From the NCBI RefSeq assembly GCF_006345805.1, contig NC_043022.1, forward strand, positions 6,758,001-6,822,000: a stretch of 64,000 nucleotides of DNA, given 5' to 3'. This DNA comes from Octopus sinensis. Its lineage: Eukaryota. Shown here one piece after another: positions 62,242 through 64,000 of the stretch (the first letter of the stretch is position 1; each line of letters begins with the position of its first letter). The translations under genes and the position numbers were made by a program. Below the pieces are notes generated by a model that saw nothing but the letters and a program-made list of their open reading frames with translations, did no database searches and was not told where the DNA came from.

Positions 62242-64000
62242 ATCCAGCACTGCTTTTAGTTTGAGACTAATTATCGTTGACTTGAGACTGAATCCTCGTC
62301 ATCCTTAATTAAATGTCACATTGTTGGCTGCAGTTAAACAACAAAATGAATTCAAATTTAATCAGTGTCAAGTCCAAACGACTCAGAACATTGATATCTG
62401 ATGTTTTATCTGAAGAAACCATTATTTAATTTGCTCTGAGATTATTTAAAACTGTTTTGATGGTTTTAATTTGGTCTTGGAAAAGTGAAGTAAAGATTTA
62501 CCCCCAGAAGATGAAAACAGAGCAACTGAATGAAACCTGGCAAGGGGGTTTACTATGGAGCCTCAGTGTGGTCTCTTGATCTACTAGAAACAACAGCTAA
62601 ACCTTTCTTAAAACACACCCAAACATCTTTTTAGAAAAAAGGACCAGTGATTCTCAGAATGGCACATACCCCCTTCCATCCCCACCAATGGTGACCACCC
62701 TCTTCCTCCACTGCTTATGAATAAGGGATACAAAACAGAGTTTACCTCCCTATAACTCATATTTTGTTGTCCAAGGAGGTTTGAAACCACATTTTGTTAA
62801 ACATTGCCCCCACCCCACACCTCACTGCAGCACCGCCACCATCACCACACCACAACTGCTATCACCACCACCACCACCACCATCATCAGTACCACCACCT
62901 GTGGAGAAAATAGCATGAGACAATGTAGCCTTAGGTAACTCCAGAACCGATGAGATGGTCACAAATGGAACAGCTTTGATCATAGGTCTGCTTGATCAGG
63001 GTAGACGGTGGGGGTGGCTAACCAACAACAACAACATCTACTACAATCACCACCACCACAGTCACCAACACCGCTGCCACCACCACCACCACCTCCACCA
63101 TTTACTCTTAACTCTCACCTTTTCTGGCCATGGTATTAATAAAGATTTTCTCCTTCAAGTTGACCACTTCACAAACAGACAGTTTATTATCCCTGATCAT
63201 AAACTGATGAAATCATTTACACGTTGATAATTTATTGCTGTCAAAACGAAGAATATTTCCTCCTAATTCCCTTCTTTTAGGGTGCTTAGCAAATTGGGGG
63301 ATTTTTTGGTGTTTTTTTTTCTTTTAAAATAGCAACATTTACCAAAAGATGATACACGAATATGTTGGATGAAGGATAATGAGGTTGATATGAAAACATC
63401 AAGGTGTGTGTGTGTGTATGTAATGTATCTGTGCATGTAGATATGTGTATATTATGTGTGTGTGTGTATAAAACTTGGAAAAGGATGCATGGCGTTCGAT
63501 CATATGATATATATATATATATATATAATATAAACATATGCATATATACATACATATATGTGGAAGCACTCCGTCGGTTACGACGATGAGGGTTCTGGTT
63601 GATTCGAATCAACGGAACAGCCTGCTCGTGAAATTAACGTGTAAGTGGCTGAGAACTCCACAGACACGTGTACCCTTAACGTAGTTCTCAGGGATATTCA
63701 GCGTGACACAGAGAGTGACAAGGCCGGCCCCTTGAAATACAGGTACAACAGAAACAGGAAGTAAGAGTGAGAGAAAGTTGTGGTGAAAGAGTACAGCAGG
63801 GATCACCACCATCCCCTGCCGGAGCCTCGTGGAGCTTTAGGTGATTTCGCTCAATAAACACTCACAACGCCCGGTCTGGGAATCGAAACCGCGATCCTAT
63901 GACCGCGAGTCCGCTGCCCTAACCACTGGGCCATTGCGCCTCCACTACATATATGTACATACCTACATATATACTTGCATATATGGGTACAGGACATCAA

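Noticed and set aside
62955-63227. His-rich ORF
   Set aside because: Derived from (CAC)n/(CAA)n microsatellite; no flanking exon evidence.

Overview
Eukaryotic, AT-rich, repeat-dense genomic DNA. The repeat and microsatellite landscape looks cephalopod (Octopus-like); this is an inference from recalled repeat signatures, not a database result. The left half (990-34054, + strand) holds the last 15 coding exons of an ELYS/AHCTF1 nucleoporin gene, about 1,660 codons. Every intron is GT-AG and phases chain correctly, except for one missing base in the exon at 15770-16451. The first four exons match recalled ELYS residues. Downstream exons give a SILK + KSLRF PP1-docking-like pair, a very large acidic region with a 10-unit coding minisatellite, and a basic tail ending GMVLRSR...PVKKRKL with no visible AT-hook. 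Introns and the right half are packed with mobile elements: a near full-length CR1-clade LINE (41923-45735, -), RTE fragments, several tRNA-head SINE families (many with clear target-site duplications), 7 non-autonomous Helitrons, TTAA-flanked MITEs, hAT MITEs and Tc1/mariner relics. The most unusual signals are hammerhead-ribozyme-like motifs of the minimal, palindromic-stem-III type known from Penelope-like elements. One sits at 46693-46816 inside a 3.45-kb composite insertion that splits a SINE; a degenerate tandem pair sits at 34941-35031. No second protein-coding host gene, true tRNA/rRNA or CRISPR array could be supported.
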